Both the position numbers and the translations under genes were made by a program. 64,000 bases of DNA, taken from positions 32,001 to 96,000 of the IMG/VR virus record IMGVR_UViG_3300014202_000529; one strand, given 5' to 3'. Positions 9,244 to 19,325 of the stretch are shown here, one piece after another (position 1 is the stretch's first letter; the number at the start of each line of letters is the position of its first letter). Under the pieces are notes generated by a model, which did not search any database, was not told the DNA's origin, and saw nothing but the letters and a program-made list of their open reading frames with translations. Origin of the DNA: a virus. Its lineage: Duplodnaviria > Caudoviricetes.

Positions 9244-10022
9244 ATTGTTGCTTTCATGATAAGAGTTTGTGAGTTAATGCGACCAGTAACTTTAGCTTCC
9301 TTTGTACTTAGCTCGCCCAGAAGACCATTGAGCGCACCTTTGCTGAGTTGTATAACCTTGGGAAGAACTACTTCAGGTTTTCTCAGCTTTTTTGCTTTAG
9401 ACTTATCCTTGGAATAGTTTTCTATTGAGCATCGGTTCATCATCAAACCACTATCCGTCTTTGCCACATACTGGGTCAACATTCTCGTTGGGACATGATA
9501 CGTCCATAACACCGAGGCGCCAATAATATCAACTGGATCTATTGATTTCATACCAGAGTCATTGTCACGAATAAGGTATTTGACATGTTTAACTTGTGCG
9601 TCTGGGGAAAGAATCTTCTTTTTTCTTGGTTTCTTAATAACAGGGACGCTCTCTACCCCCTCCACCACAACAGAAGGTTTTGCAACTGGTTTGGGTCTTG
9701 GTGCAACGGGTGCTGGTTTAAATACTTTCATCTCTTGTATTTTGGTATGGAACCACTGCATTGAGCGTTCATCCATCCCAGCGCCGCGAGCCAACATCCT
9801 CGAAACAAACCCAAAGGTTGCAACCTGTGCAGATATCTGTGCATCGGTTACATCTATTTCATGTTCCCTACAGTATTGACGAAGATACTTATGCGAGTGT
9901 TCTTTCTCCCTATTCTGGGAGTACCAATTCAAGGCAAGAACAATCTCAATTTTTTCCAATGGTACTGAGGGTTGAAACCTGGGCTCATCTTTTTCAACTA
10001 ATCTGTCACTTACCCGTTCCAT
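9240..10022 (-). CDS. Conserved hypothetical phage protein
   Basis: ALNWYS, SIDPVDIIGA..LW.Y, KKLRKPE, TGRIN motifs. Confidence 0.6.
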   Translation of the reverse strand: MERVSDRLVEKDEPRFQPSVPLEKIEIVLALNWYSQNREKEHSHKYLRQYCREHEIDVTDAQISAQVATFGFVSRMLARGAGMDERSMQWFHTKIQEMKVFKPAPVAPRPKPVAKPSVVVEGVESVPVIKKPRKKKILSPDAQVKHVKYLIRDNDSGMKSIDPVDIIGASVLWTYHVPTRMLTQYVAKTDSGLMMNRCSIENYSKDKSKAKKLRKPEVVLPKVIQLSKGALNGLLGELSTKEAKVTGRINSQTLIMKATI

Positions 10023-10338
10023 GCGAAAACCTCATATCATAAATGACATTTTCAATCTTTGCTCTCAAGACTTCTACATCACTCTGTCCGTAATAAGCTA
10101 GATTATTTACAGCATTATTCAATTCTATTAGGGCGATCTCTTCTGTGTCAAAATGGTTTGTTGCATAGGAGAATATATGATTTCCAAGGACCGGATCACC
10201 ATCAATACATGAAAAGGTCCACCCCCTACCATGTTTCTGAACCATCTGTTCTGCTAGGTGTCTGGGACCCTTCATCGTCACATGACATTCATAATCCGAC
10301 ATGTTTTTGCCATCCGGTTTTAGATAGTGAATCAACAT
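10006..10338 (-). CDS. Hypothetical protein
   Basis: ORF in operon; likely start MSDYECH. Confidence 0.5.
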   Translation of the reverse strand: MLIHYLKPDGKNMSDYECHVTMKGPRHLAEQMVQKHGRGWTFSCIDGDPVLGNHIFSYATNHFDTEEIALIELNNAVNNLAYYGQSDVEVLRAKIENVIYDMRFSHGTGK

Positions 10339-10792
10339 TCACAGTTCGAATTGTTGTGCTGGTGTCGCTATCGAATGTAACCCGATTGGGGACCATATCA
10401 TCTATGAGAAGACTAACCCTTGCAACTTGGTTTGTGTGACACCAATCATGAAACGCTCCCTCTTTCCCCCTCATCAGTATAAAATCAGATAGGTCATCGA
10501 AATGACACAATTGAACTTTTTGGGAAGCTCCAAACATTCTCCTAACGGGAATAACCTCAGCAATAGAGACCCCCAGTCTATTTTCAAGATCTTCCTGCAA
10601 GAAGGTTTTAAATTCCGCTTCTTCTTCTGGTGTATGTACAGCAAAACTAAATATCCTGACAAGTTCTAACTTACCAAGATCCTTCATGATCTTCAGCAAA
10701 AGCTGAATTGCCCCACATTTTCTAAGGAAAATTGGATTTTTACCCCATGCATCAATGACTGTTTCTTCTAGGTCAATGAAAACATCCATCAT
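10289..10792 (-). CDS. HAD-like hypothetical protein
   Basis: VFIDLEETVI and LLIDD motifs. Confidence 0.5.
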   Translation of the reverse strand: MMDVFIDLEETVIDAWGKNPIFLRKCGAIQLLLKIMKDLGKLELVRIFSFAVHTPEEEAEFKTFLQEDLENRLGVSIAEVIPVRRMFGASQKVQLCHFDDLSDFILMRGKEGAFHDWCHTNQVARVSLLIDDMVPNRVTFDSDTSTTIRTVNVDSLSKTGWQKHVGL

Positions 10793-10796
10793 ACAC

Positions 10797-11159
10797 CTAC
10801 ATGTAAAAATCCATATATGAGTAATTTTTGTCTTCTTTTTCGGACCAAATTGCCGCCATTAAATCCCCCCATGCCCTATATGAGAGGATCATTTGCTTCC
10901 CATCCGAGAACACAGGAACACCTGAACTGTTTTGGTGCTCTTCTCCTGTGGTATGTAAGTTTTTCTCTAAAACCTCTCTCCTCACTGCTTCTAGGTATGG
11001 GTGTGTGGTTTCTAAGAAATGTTTAAGATAATCATTCCACCGATGATTCTCATGTCCTTTAGCATTAAACCAACCACCCATCCAACCAAAACTATCATCT
11101 TTCTCGTCAGCAACATCATCCTCATCAATCCAATCGACAACCCTAATGTCGCTACTCAT
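10797..11159 (-). CDS. Hypothetical protein
   Basis: ORF in operon; SYRAWGDLMAAIWS. Confidence 0.55.
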   Translation of the reverse strand: MSSDIRVVDWIDEDDVADEKDDSFGWMGGWFNAKGHENHRWNDYLKHFLETTHPYLEAVRREVLEKNLHTTGEEHQNSSGVPVFSDGKQMILSYRAWGDLMAAIWSEKEDKNYSYMDFYM

Positions 11160-11427
11160 AATAATCCTCTGCTTTAACTACATTAAAAGTTTCATACTCG
11201 AACCGTTTTAAGTCTCTGTAGAGCATAAACGATTTGGGGTTTCCTGAGAGTGCCCTCTTATACAACCCTAGCTGAGTCTTATTCATTGTCTTCTTATCGT
11301 ACCAACCATTCTGCTGTCTTTCCCTGAAGAGTTTTCGCAGTACATTGACATAATCTAACTCTAACCTAATATCACTGATGGTAAAACAACGAAGTCTGTC
11401 CTTTTCTTTGGCAACCAAGATGTGCAT
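11152..11427 (-). CDS. Hypothetical protein
   Basis: ORF in operon. Confidence 0.5.
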   Translation of the reverse strand: MHILVAKEKDRLRCFTISDIRLELDYVNVLRKLFRERQQNGWYDKKTMNKTQLGLYKRALSGNPKSFMLYRDLKRFEYETFNVVKAEDYYE

Positions 11428-11430
11428 AGT

Positions 11431-12633
11431 CTACCCCTTCATGCAAAGAACCTGTCGGAGTTCTGCAACCACCTTTACAAGATCCGTCTGATCTGACATA
11501 ACCTGATCAATTGACTTATACGCTGCTGGAATCTCATCAATGACCCCCGCATCTTTACGGCAGACAATCCCCTCAGTCTGTTTCGCAACATCCTCAACCG
11601 TATACTTTTCCTTCGCTGCTCCCCTTGACAGGACCCTACCTGCACCATGTGAGCATGAACAGAATGAGTCTTTGTTGCCCAATCCCTCTACGATGTAGGA
11701 GCGAGTTCCCATAGATCCTGGGATAATTCCAAAATCACCCACGCGAGCACGAACTGCCCCTTTGCGAGTGACAATCACATTCTCACCAAAATGGTTCTCT
11801 CGCTCTGCATAGTTGTGGTGACAATTCACTGTCAAAAGTGGTGTAATATCGGGCGCATGGTCCTTATCAGAACCATACAACGCTTCGGACAATGAAGACA
11901 TTGCCAAAGACATCATAAGCTCACGATTCCTCATAGCATAGGACTGAGCCCACTGCAAATCTTGCCAATACTCGTTGAACAATTTATGACCTTCTGGAAG
12001 GTATGCAAGGTCTGGATTTTCTAGCTTGATCATGAATGCTTTCATTAAGTCTTTTGCTCGATCAATGTAATAATTTCCAATGACGTTACCAATTCCACGC
12101 GAACCTGAGTGGAGCATGATCCACACTTGATCCTGGGTATCGAGGCACACTTCAACGAAATGATTCCCCCCACCCAACGTTCCGAGTTGAGCCAACATTT
12201 TGCTCTCACGATCCTTTTGTATTTCCTCTGGTAAACTCTTGAACCCAATCATTCCATGCCAATAGAGGGTGGATAATATGGGGGTTTTGTGTTGGTCCTG
12301 TCCAACCGGAATTTTCTTAGAGAGGATCGAAAATAAATTATCTAAGTTATCATCTAAATCATTGGAATTCAACGGCAACTTTGCTGCCATCATCCCGCAA
12401 CCAATATCAACCCCAACTGCTGCAGGGGAAAGTGCTCCCTTTGTTGCCACAACAGATCCTACCGTAGCACCCTTACCAAAGTGAACATCGGGCATGGCAG
12501 CAACATGCTTGAAAACAAATGGAAGTCCCGCAGTCTGACGTAGTTGTGTCTCAGACTTGGTGTCTACGTTATGAGTCCAGATCTTGACCGGAACTGTTTG
12601 CTTTTCACCTGTTAACACTTTTGCGATTGGCAT
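11431..12633 (-). CDS. rtcB: RtcB RNA 2',3'-cyclic phosphate/5'-OH ligase
   Basis: MPDVHFG, VGVDIGCG, GTLGGGNHFVE, MLHSGSRG, HHNYA, IPGSMG, SHGAGR, DEIPAAYK. Confidence 0.97.
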   Translation of the reverse strand: MPIAKVLTGEKQTVPVKIWTHNVDTKSETQLRQTAGLPFVFKHVAAMPDVHFGKGATVGSVVATKGALSPAAVGVDIGCGMMAAKLPLNSNDLDDNLDNLFSILSKKIPVGQDQHKTPILSTLYWHGMIGFKSLPEEIQKDRESKMLAQLGTLGGGNHFVEVCLDTQDQVWIMLHSGSRGIGNVIGNYYIDRAKDLMKAFMIKLENPDLAYLPEGHKLFNEYWQDLQWAQSYAMRNRELMMSLAMSSLSEALYGSDKDHAPDITPLLTVNCHHNYAERENHFGENVIVTRKGAVRARVGDFGIIPGSMGTRSYIVEGLGNKDSFCSCSHGAGRVLSRGAAKEKYTVEDVAKQTEGIVCRKDAGVIDEIPAAYKSIDQVMSDQTDLVKVVAELRQVLCMKG

Positions 12634-12634
12634 C

Positions 12635-13027
12635 TTAATCCCCTTGGTTATTGATTCCCCTCAGTGTAGCAAACTCCATTTCCCTTGTCAAGTGTTGGTC
12701 ATTTAGCCACGCGAGGTATTTTTTAAGGTCCTTGTTCCGTTGAGTCCAATATTCATCATAGCAAAATTCGTTAAATAGCATCGGTTCAGACAAGATCACT
12801 TGTCCATCCCCATCACACATCATGCAAGGCATATCCGGTAGACCAACATAATCAGGGTCAACACCAGACCCCATACACACTTCACATGTGCCACATGTGG
12901 GTTCGGTGGCACTATATCGACCAGATTGTTCGAACAATTCTTTCAGATCTGTTCGATGGAGTCTAACCCAATCCTTTTCTTGGAGAAGGTCAACTTTAAA
13001 AGACGTAGACATTTCGTACCTTTTCAT
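12635..13027 (-). CDS. Hypothetical protein with DnaJ-like zinc-finger repeats
   Basis: CEVCMGSG, CMMCDGDG. Confidence 0.55.
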   Translation of the reverse strand: MKRYEMSTSFKVDLLQEKDWVRLHRTDLKELFEQSGRYSATEPTCGTCEVCMGSGVDPDYVGLPDMPCMMCDGDGQVILSEPMLFNEFCYDEYWTQRNKDLKKYLAWLNDQHLTREMEFATLRGINNQGD

Positions 13028-13209
13028 AGTGTTCCATGATCCACTTGACCTGGCGTTCCGATAGGGATTTGTGGGCGAACCCAGTTACCGTGTTGAGTAG
13101 TACCACATCATTATGGGTTACCTTTAGATCCTGTTTGTGGTTACTCCATGTTAGTACTAAATCCTTGTCCGAATGCACATCATCAGTTTGCATAATCCCC
13201 CTCCAAAGG

Positions 13210-13626
13210 TTATCGACCACCAACCAAGCTCTCTAGCTCTCTCTGCGCCCATTTCATGTACTCTGCACCTTCATGCGTATGAAAGAAATAATCAACATTT
13301 CCCTGTCTCAGTGTCTCAATCATATAAAGGGACTTTTTGTAGTTTTCTCTCTTCTTTTGTATATCTGCCTGTTCCTTTTGGAATAAGGATATAGCTTTTA
13401 GTTTTTCTGTCTCTTCTTCACAAACCTCATCCTCAAGTGAACTGATCATATTTTGAAGTGATTGTATCTCAGACTTCAGCCCATCATTCTCAGATTTTAC
13501 TGAAACCAAACTCTCTTCTGCTTGTCTCCGAAGCTCTTGAGAAGACCGTAGATCAAGTTTCAGATTATGAATATGATCCCTCAGATCTTCAATCTGTTCG
13601 AGCAGGTTATCTGTTGCTTTACTCAT
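13210..13626 (-). CDS. Coiled-coil hypothetical protein
   Basis: Heptad-rich ORF in operon. Confidence 0.5.
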   Translation of the reverse strand: MSKATDNLLEQIEDLRDHIHNLKLDLRSSQELRRQAEESLVSVKSENDGLKSEIQSLQNMISSLEDEVCEEETEKLKAISLFQKEQADIQKKRENYKKSLYMIETLRQGNVDYFFHTHEGAEYMKWAQRELESLVGGR

Positions 13627-14821
13627 AATCCCTAACCGCTATCCCAACTGGGAAAATCGGAATACCTTCATCCGAAAGGGTTTGGTAACGAACGGTCAAT
13701 TGCTTCCCCATATATGATTTTCTGTTGTTCCACTGCTCTTCTCTCTCTACCATCGTAGCTTTACAGCGGACATCAAATGTTCCATCACCATATACCCCAC
13801 CGGTTTTTGATGAGGTTTGGCAACGAAAGATTGCTTTATGTTCGTCTTTACCCCTTCCATCCTTACATCCAACGATTTCAAATTCTTCATCGACAAAATC
13901 TTTATATTTCTGCAACTGGTTGTCTCGATACTGAAACCGATAAGCGTCATTCGAATCTGAGCGCACAATGGACCCCTCATACCCCTGCTCAACAAATATA
14001 CCATGCATCGCTTTCATTTCTGTCTCGTTCAGAACCACTACAGTTTTAACAAACGAGAGATAGGGGACGTTAAGACTGTTTGGGAGTTTCCCATGCCACA
14101 GGATATACCGCTTCTTAAACCCACCCTCTGAAGACGCTCGATCATAACAATGAAAGTGGACATGTTTCTTTAGTGTGTCAATGTCTGGGGTCTTTTCGTC
14201 CTTAATTGCAGAGATAAGCTGCTGGAAAGTCAAATCCCCATGATTATACATTTCACCATCAAGTATCTCACCATCCTTCATGAAAGAAAGAAACTGAGGG
14301 TTCATGTACAAGCTGAAGTTCTTATAGATTTTTCCTTTCCTGGACCAATAGAAAATATTATCTCCCTTACGCTCAACCAAGCAACGAACACCATTCAACT
14401 TTGGTTGGACGAATGCGGGCCACTGTATATACTTTTTCCGCTCGTTGAATTTTTGTGCCAACATCGGTAGAAGTTTGGAACCACCAACAGAACTTCCATC
14501 ATTGTCCTGTTCGTCTGTACCTTCACCAGACTTAGGAACAACCTCTGAATAATTCTTGTCATACTGCTTCTTTAATTTTGACTCCGCTTCCAAGCATGCT
14601 TGCACGAAATGATCCGTCTCGTTGGAGCGACCGATGTTTTTCCCCTCGGTGACCGTCTGGTGTGAAATCTGCATCTTCCCATTCATTTGACCGTGCTTGG
14701 TGAAAATGACAGAAGAATCCACTTTCCTCTCAACCCAAATCGTCCATACCTTCACCACACCTTTTGAGGAAAGACCATAGAGGATTGGATAGGTGGAAAT
14801 ATCGGGCATATTATTCTCCAT
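13619..14821 (-). CDS. ATP-dependent DNA ligase
   Basis: PMLA, QPKLNGVR (motif I), LDGEMY, GYEGSIVR, KYKDF, OB-fold C terminus. Confidence 0.93.
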   Translation of the reverse strand: MENNMPDISTYPILYGLSSKGVVKVWTIWVERKVDSSVIFTKHGQMNGKMQISHQTVTEGKNIGRSNETDHFVQACLEAESKLKKQYDKNYSEVVPKSGEGTDEQDNDGSSVGGSKLLPMLAQKFNERKKYIQWPAFVQPKLNGVRCLVERKGDNIFYWSRKGKIYKNFSLYMNPQFLSFMKDGEILDGEMYNHGDLTFQQLISAIKDEKTPDIDTLKKHVHFHCYDRASSEGGFKKRYILWHGKLPNSLNVPYLSFVKTVVVLNETEMKAMHGIFVEQGYEGSIVRSDSNDAYRFQYRDNQLQKYKDFVDEEFEIVGCKDGRGKDEHKAIFRCQTSSKTGGVYGDGTFDVRCKATMVEREEQWNNRKSYMGKQLTVRYQTLSDEGIPIFPVGIAVRDYE

Positions 14822-15752
14822 TTTTCTGATGTGTCAGCTCAATGATCTCAAATAGAAGATTATCGCATCTATCTTCATTTACTGTCTCTGGTAGTATGGA
14901 CCGTTCTGATAGTTTTTCCAACGAATCCATTAGTTCTTCAAGCATCGGGGATACATCTTTAAAATGCAGCTCACCGGCTTTTATTTTTTTGAGAAAATCA
15001 ACTTGCTTCAGTGGATAGGTGAAATCACCATCAGTCAAGATGTCCTTGATTTGGTACCCTGCTCGAAATGCATGTGAGATTGCCTTCCAGTCAATTCCCT
15101 GATTGGTTTCTGCTTGTCTTGCTCGCTCTCCAAACATATCAACAAAGTGTTCCACCATATCAACATAATTGGTGGTGGTTGCATTCAGTGTCATCTTCTT
15201 TCCGCAGACCTGGTAAAACTTTCCATCTTCTGATGGTCCACAGTGCTCTCCAACCGGAAGAAGGTTGATGATGTTACCAATCTTCTCTTTGGGGTGCAAA
15301 TGCAATGCTTCGAGAACAAGCTTCGCGTCTGCTAAACGAGACCCCTTGATGCCATATTTTGCTGCCTGACTCTTTGCATACCCAACAAATGAAGAGAGTT
15401 TTCTAGTATAGAAAATGTGTCGTTGTTGGTGTATTAGATCCCATGCGAGGGTTGGTTGTATCCAATATTGCCGGGGTGCATGGAGCATGTCGAGGGCAAC
15501 CGTCTCACCTTTTTTGGCAAGTTCAAAGAAGTATTGGATGGAATAGAATTCCCTATCTGTGTCAGAAGATGTGTTTTTTGCGTGGCTGTGAGACTTGGTG
15601 TTGCAAGAAATGCTCTTTGGTGTTTGACCCAGATACATTTCTCGTTTTGTCGGAAGGAAGACCCCCTTATAATCCTTATCGGATGAGGGGGTATCGGTAC
15701 CATAAAGATGGGACCCAAAAACCATTTCCACTATGATATGCTTGTCATTCAT
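14811..15752 (-). CDS. Nucleotidyltransferase (Pol-beta superfamily; T4 NrdC.11-like)
   Basis: FGSHLYGTDTPSSDKDYKGVF, QAAKYGIKGSRL, DWKAISHAFR. Confidence 0.88.
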   Translation of the reverse strand: MNDKHIIVEMVFGSHLYGTDTPSSDKDYKGVFLPTKREMYLGQTPKSISCNTKSHSHAKNTSSDTDREFYSIQYFFELAKKGETVALDMLHAPRQYWIQPTLAWDLIHQQRHIFYTRKLSSFVGYAKSQAAKYGIKGSRLADAKLVLEALHLHPKEKIGNIINLLPVGEHCGPSEDGKFYQVCGKKMTLNATTTNYVDMVEHFVDMFGERARQAETNQGIDWKAISHAFRAGYQIKDILTDGDFTYPLKQVDFLKKIKAGELHFKDVSPMLEELMDSLEKLSERSILPETVNEDRCDNLLFEIIELTHQKNGE

Positions 15753-15761
15753 GATGTACAG

Positions 15762-15790
15762 AGTATAGCAAGTTCACAGGGTATTGTCAA
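15762..15790 (-). promoter_or_regulatory. Sigma70-type promoter for the NTase-ligase-rtcB run
   Basis: TTGACA-17-TATACT with extended TG. Confidence 0.7.
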
Positions 15791-15811
15791 TAGGACATAA
15801 CGTATTGATAT

Positions 15812-16729
15812 TTAACGAGAGTCACCAGTTATCATTTTGTCTAAGTTTTTGGTCGTTGAAACTTGATTGTATGCAATTTGGTTTGCGTTATACCAACCAA
15901 TTCCAGATATGCGCTTCGATCTCATCACCAACCGAGCATTCCTCTCAATTTGAACTGGGGTGTATTTTACAGAAACATTGTTTTCGACATAATAATTTGC
16001 AACAAGTATGAACAGATCATTGTTGGGCATGTTCACCAAATGTTCAAGTGGAAAGGTTTCAGCGTAATTAAACAGACAGATACCATCAATAAAACCATTT
16101 CCATACCATCCTTGCGGGTCTATACCTTGACTATTTCCAAGATTATGTACACTGTTGGTAATAGTGTATATGGGTACACTGTTACTCACTGACTCTCTAA
16201 TCCGTTGGACCACACTTGACACAATGTCCTTTGAAACTGTTTGCCCTGGTAGTTGTGCGACAACTGAGCGAATGTAATCCACTCCCAGCGCATCTGCACC
16301 ACACAGATCCATACATTCCTTGATGTATGAAATTCTCCAATCAACAAACTTTGTATTCCAAATGTCGTAGTGCGGTGTTGCAACTCTAGATAATATAAAT
16401 TCGGGTCTTATTGGATTTGCTTGGTTGACAATACCAACAAAATTTAAAACAGGAACAACAGAAAATCCACTATCCCGTAAAGTTTCAATAGCACTTCTCA
16501 ATGGGTTGCCACCCAGTGGGGCAAGACGCGAATCAATCGGTGCACAGGTTGACGGCCAGGTTGCTCCTCTTCCATCATCGGCAACCAAAAACACAGTGTC
16601 GATGCCCATACTTTTCCAAACACCAGAGCGAGTGGCTAGTGTTTCTGTATTTGCCCAAGCGGGTATATGGGTTTCGAATACGAATTTTCTTACGCCTCTC
16701 CAATTACTCATACGCCTCCATCTGCTCAT
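15812..16729 (-). CDS. Putative glycoside hydrolase-like TIM-barrel protein (GHL10-like)
   Basis: GIDTVFL, ATWPS, DALGVDYIR, GIDPQGWY..G.IDG patterns. Confidence 0.5.
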   Translation of the reverse strand: MSRWRRMSNWRGVRKFVFETHIPAWANTETLATRSGVWKSMGIDTVFLVADDGRGATWPSTCAPIDSRLAPLGGNPLRSAIETLRDSGFSVVPVLNFVGIVNQANPIRPEFILSRVATPHYDIWNTKFVDWRISYIKECMDLCGADALGVDYIRSVVAQLPGQTVSKDIVSSVVQRIRESVSNSVPIYTITNSVHNLGNSQGIDPQGWYGNGFIDGICLFNYAETFPLEHLVNMPNNDLFILVANYYVENNVSVKYTPVQIERNARLVMRSKRISGIGWYNANQIAYNQVSTTKNLDKMITGDSR

Positions 16730-16771
16730 GTGGTCCCATTCGGTTAGTGTGTAACCTATATTTAGGACGAT

Positions 16772-17002
16772 TTACCAAGAAGCATAGTCACTAAGATCGA
16801 GGGTGTCATGTGTCTTGACGTTCTCAAGGACAACAGAGACACCTATACCGTTAGATCTACTGATGTGATATATAAATTCCCCACCACCAGGGGTTTGTTT
16901 ATTTTGTGACCTAATAAACTTTGAATGTTTCCACTCAAATGATGGTGGAATAAGATGTGAAAGATATTCTGGAATTGTCGGAAGAGCTTTTAATTTCTTC
17001 AT
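16772..17002 (-). CDS. Hypothetical protein
   Basis: ORF after tRNA-Val; LDLSDYASW end. Confidence 0.5.
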   Translation of the reverse strand: MKKLKALPTIPEYLSHLIPPSFEWKHSKFIRSQNKQTPGGGEFIYHISRSNGIGVSVVLENVKTHDTLDLSDYASW

Positions 17003-17006
17003 GATG

Positions 17007-17081
17007 TGGTGGACCCTGTAGGTGCTGCCCCTACTGCCTCCGCAGTGTCAATGCGGCACTCTGCTGGTGAGCTAAGGGTCC
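17007..17081 (-). tRNA. tRNA-Val(GAC)
   Basis: Cloverleaf with CCA; non-canonical T-loop. Confidence 0.85.
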
Positions 17082-17171
17082 GTCTATATTGTGCGTCTAC
17101 TGGTTCAACATCCTCGTTCGCAACGATCTCTTTACTGTCTGCAAATCTTGGCATAATAACCTCACATTATA

Positions 17172-17247
17172 TGGACTCCCTGACAGGACTCGAACCTGCA
17201 TGTCTCTGGTTCGAAGCCAGAGTAGCTTCCATTGCTATCACAGGGAG
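17172..17247 (-). tRNA. tRNA-Arg(TCG)
   Basis: Cloverleaf, GTTCGA T-loop, CCA. Confidence 0.88.
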
Positions 17248-17657
17248 TGTAACACTTTTAACCATTCGTTGTCAAATACACAATTGTCTGGTGCATGACG
17301 AAACATTGGAGCAATTTGCTCATTCTTATATCCAGCAAGACCGCAACCAATACGAGTTACCAAAAACTCCAGTTCATTATTCTGGGATGCAAAAACAATA
17401 AATTCTTTCACATACGTCTCTATGATATCTAAGGGAAGTACCTCTAAGTGGTGTCCCTTTGTGGGAATTGCATAGGAATTCCCTTGCAACCCCTTTCCCT
17501 GCCCATACTTTGCACCGTAATAGGTTCGAGCATGTAGGGCAGCTCCAGCACCATGACGCCCAGCAAGGTTTGACCCAAATACAAATATTTTATGCGTACT
17601 CATAACCATTATCACCATACTCATATGGGACTTTATATTTCCCGTACAAATACCCAC
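17238..17657 (-). CDS. Macro-like phage protein (FVFGSNLAGRHGAGAA family); likely start MSTHK
   Basis: FVFGSNLAGRHGAGAA, SYAIPT, VTRIGCGLAG. Confidence 0.75.
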   Translation of the reverse strand: MGICTGNIKSHMSMVIMVMSTHKIFVFGSNLAGRHGAGAALHARTYYGAKYGQGKGLQGNSYAIPTKGHHLEVLPLDIIETYVKEFIVFASQNNELEFLVTRIGCGLAGYKNEQIAPMFRHAPDNCVFDNEWLKVLHSL

Positions 17658-17757
17658 ATGAACATCTAAATGGGGTATTGAGTGGTCCCTGTGGTGGATT
17701 CGGAAATTCTCTTTTGCATTTGAGACAAATAATAACTGGTGATTCCATGATATTTCA

Positions 17758-17952
17758 TTAACGAGGCTTAAAGAACATCAAAGAATCGGTAGCTTCCTCA
17801 AACATTTCTATACTTATTACACCCTGCAACTGCAATACATGAAAAGAATTCATAAGAAAAATCCACTTCTGCCATTCCAAATCTTCTCTAATTTCCTTGT
17901 CTGTGAAATCTTCCTTATGTCGGAAGTCTCTCTTAATCTCTGTTATCCTCAT
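17758..17952 (-). CDS. Hypothetical protein
   Basis: ORF with GAGG SD between tRNAs. Confidence 0.45.
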   Translation of the reverse strand: MRITEIKRDFRHKEDFTDKEIREDLEWQKWIFLMNSFHVLQLQGVISIEMFEEATDSLMFFKPR

Positions 17953-17971
17953 AGGAACTTCCTCACATGTA

Positions 17972-18046
17972 TGGTGCCGCTAGCAGGACTCGAACCTGCA
18001 TGGTCCCCTTTAGGAGAGGGGTGCATATCCTTTTTGCTATAGCGGC
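17972..18046 (-). tRNA. tRNA-Arg(CCT)
   Basis: Cloverleaf, CCA. Confidence 0.9.
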
Positions 18047-18053
18047 ATGAATT

Positions 18054-18131
18054 TGGTGCCCCCGGCAGGATTTGAACCTGCGTGGGTTCCGCTTAGAAGG
18101 CGGATGCCTTTCCAGACTAGACTACGGGGGC
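18054..18131 (-). tRNA. tRNA-Arg(TCT)
   Basis: Cloverleaf, CCA. Confidence 0.9.
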
Positions 18132-18140
18132 ATATGTTTC

Positions 18141-18231
18141 TGGCGGAAGACAGAGGACTCGAACCTCACCCCCGCATTGAGAGCCCTTCGTTTTCGAGAC
18201 GAGGCGACGCGGCCCGCGCCGTTTATCTTCC
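18141..18231 (-). tRNA. tRNA-Ser(CGA)
   Basis: Long variable arm, G73, CCA. Confidence 0.9.
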
Positions 18232-18236
18232 ATAAT

Positions 18237-18570
18237 TGGTGGAGGTGCGGGGCATTGCATCCCCGGTCCAAAAGTACTCTTGAAGTAGGATCTCCATGCT
18301 AATCAATCATTCTACGATCAACTGTGGATTGATACACGGTTGAAAGTTTTGAGGATAAATCTCGTATTCAGTACACCCCCAACTCCTGAATACCAGTCTG
18401 AATTTACGCCTCCCCACTTACAGACTTACATGAGTTGGCGCGAAGTGCGATTAAGCAGCGACGAGTTCTAGTTCTGCAGCAATTAATTGCTTCCATGTTG
18501 TTAACGGAGCCACGGAACTCCGGCATGCCCTCTCATTCTCCAGTTACCCCTGTCGATACTGTTCACCCCC
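18237..18570 (-). ncRNA. ssrA: tmRNA; tag (A)AAELELVAA*
   Basis: GGGGGUG/CACCUCC-ACCA acceptor with G3:U70, UCGAC 5' motif; tag ORF at 18451-18480. Confidence 0.92.
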
Positions 18571-18575
18571 ATGTT

Positions 18576-18791
18576 CTACTTAGGTTGTGGAATTTCTCTA
18601 CCTGCTTCTAATTCAGCTTCCACCCAGGATTTTGCAACCTCGTTTAGATTATCGAATGCTTCTTGTGCAGTTTCACCTTGAGCAAAACATCCCTCGAATT
18701 CAGAAATGAATGAGAAATACCCACCTTCCTCTTCTGGCACTATCACTCGTCCATACGGTCTTTTTAGAATCTCGTCCACTATCTGATTCAT
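18576..18791 (-). CDS. HicB-like antitoxin-fold protein
   Basis: PEEEGGYFSFISEFEGCFAQGET..EA..NL.E..K.W.EA.LE.GR.IP.P; ORF-track N terminus overlaps tRNA. Confidence 0.85.
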   Translation of the reverse strand: MNQIVDEILKRPYGRVIVPEEEGGYFSFISEFEGCFAQGETAQEAFDNLNEVAKSWVEAELEAGREIPQPK

Positions 18792-18807
18792 AACGTTACC
18801 CCAAATA

Positions 18808-18898
18808 TGGCGGAAGAGGGAAGACTTGAACTCCAATGCTAATGATAGCATCCCATCGCTTTCCAAGCGAGTCCGGCAGCCTCTCCGGTTCCTCTTCC
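18808..18898 (-). tRNA. tRNA-Ser(GGA)
   Basis: Long variable arm, CCA. Confidence 0.9.
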
Positions 18899-19045
18899 AT
18901 TAAACTTGTTCGGCATTCATATAAGTCTTGTCCATCAAAATATATGTGACACATGTATATGAAAGCTGGGGGCAATTAATCTCAGGATCACTAAAATTAA
19001 TCACCCCCGTATGCCCGCTTCCTCACATGGAGGCCGGGTCTGAAA

Positions 19046-19135
19046 TGGCGGAAGACAGAGGACTTGAACCCCATACCCTTTCGAGTACAATCCGCTTTCA
19101 AGGCGGTTGTGTTGACCCGCAACACTTTATCTTCC
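19046..19135 (-). tRNA. tRNA-Ser(TGA)
   Basis: Long variable arm, CCA. Confidence 0.9.
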
Positions 19136-19141
19136 ATATTA

Positions 19142-19216
19142 TGGTGCTCCTACTGGGTATCGATCCCAGTCTTCTAGATTGAGAATCTAGCGACCTAGCC
19201 AGTAGTCTATAGGAGC
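19142..19216 (-). tRNA. tRNA-Glu(CTC)
   Basis: Cloverleaf, CCA. Confidence 0.88.
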
Positions 19217-19220
19217 TATG

Positions 19221-19295
19221 TGGTGGACCGCCGCGGTATTGCGCCGCGTTCCTCCGGTTAAGAGCCGGGAGCTTCACTATTAAAGCTTGCAGTCC
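19221..19295 (-). tRNA. tRNA-Lys(CTT)
   Basis: Cloverleaf, CCA; atypical T-loop. Confidence 0.85.
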
Positions 19296-19325
19296 GTATT
19301 TATTTTAATAATTTAATAGTCAACC

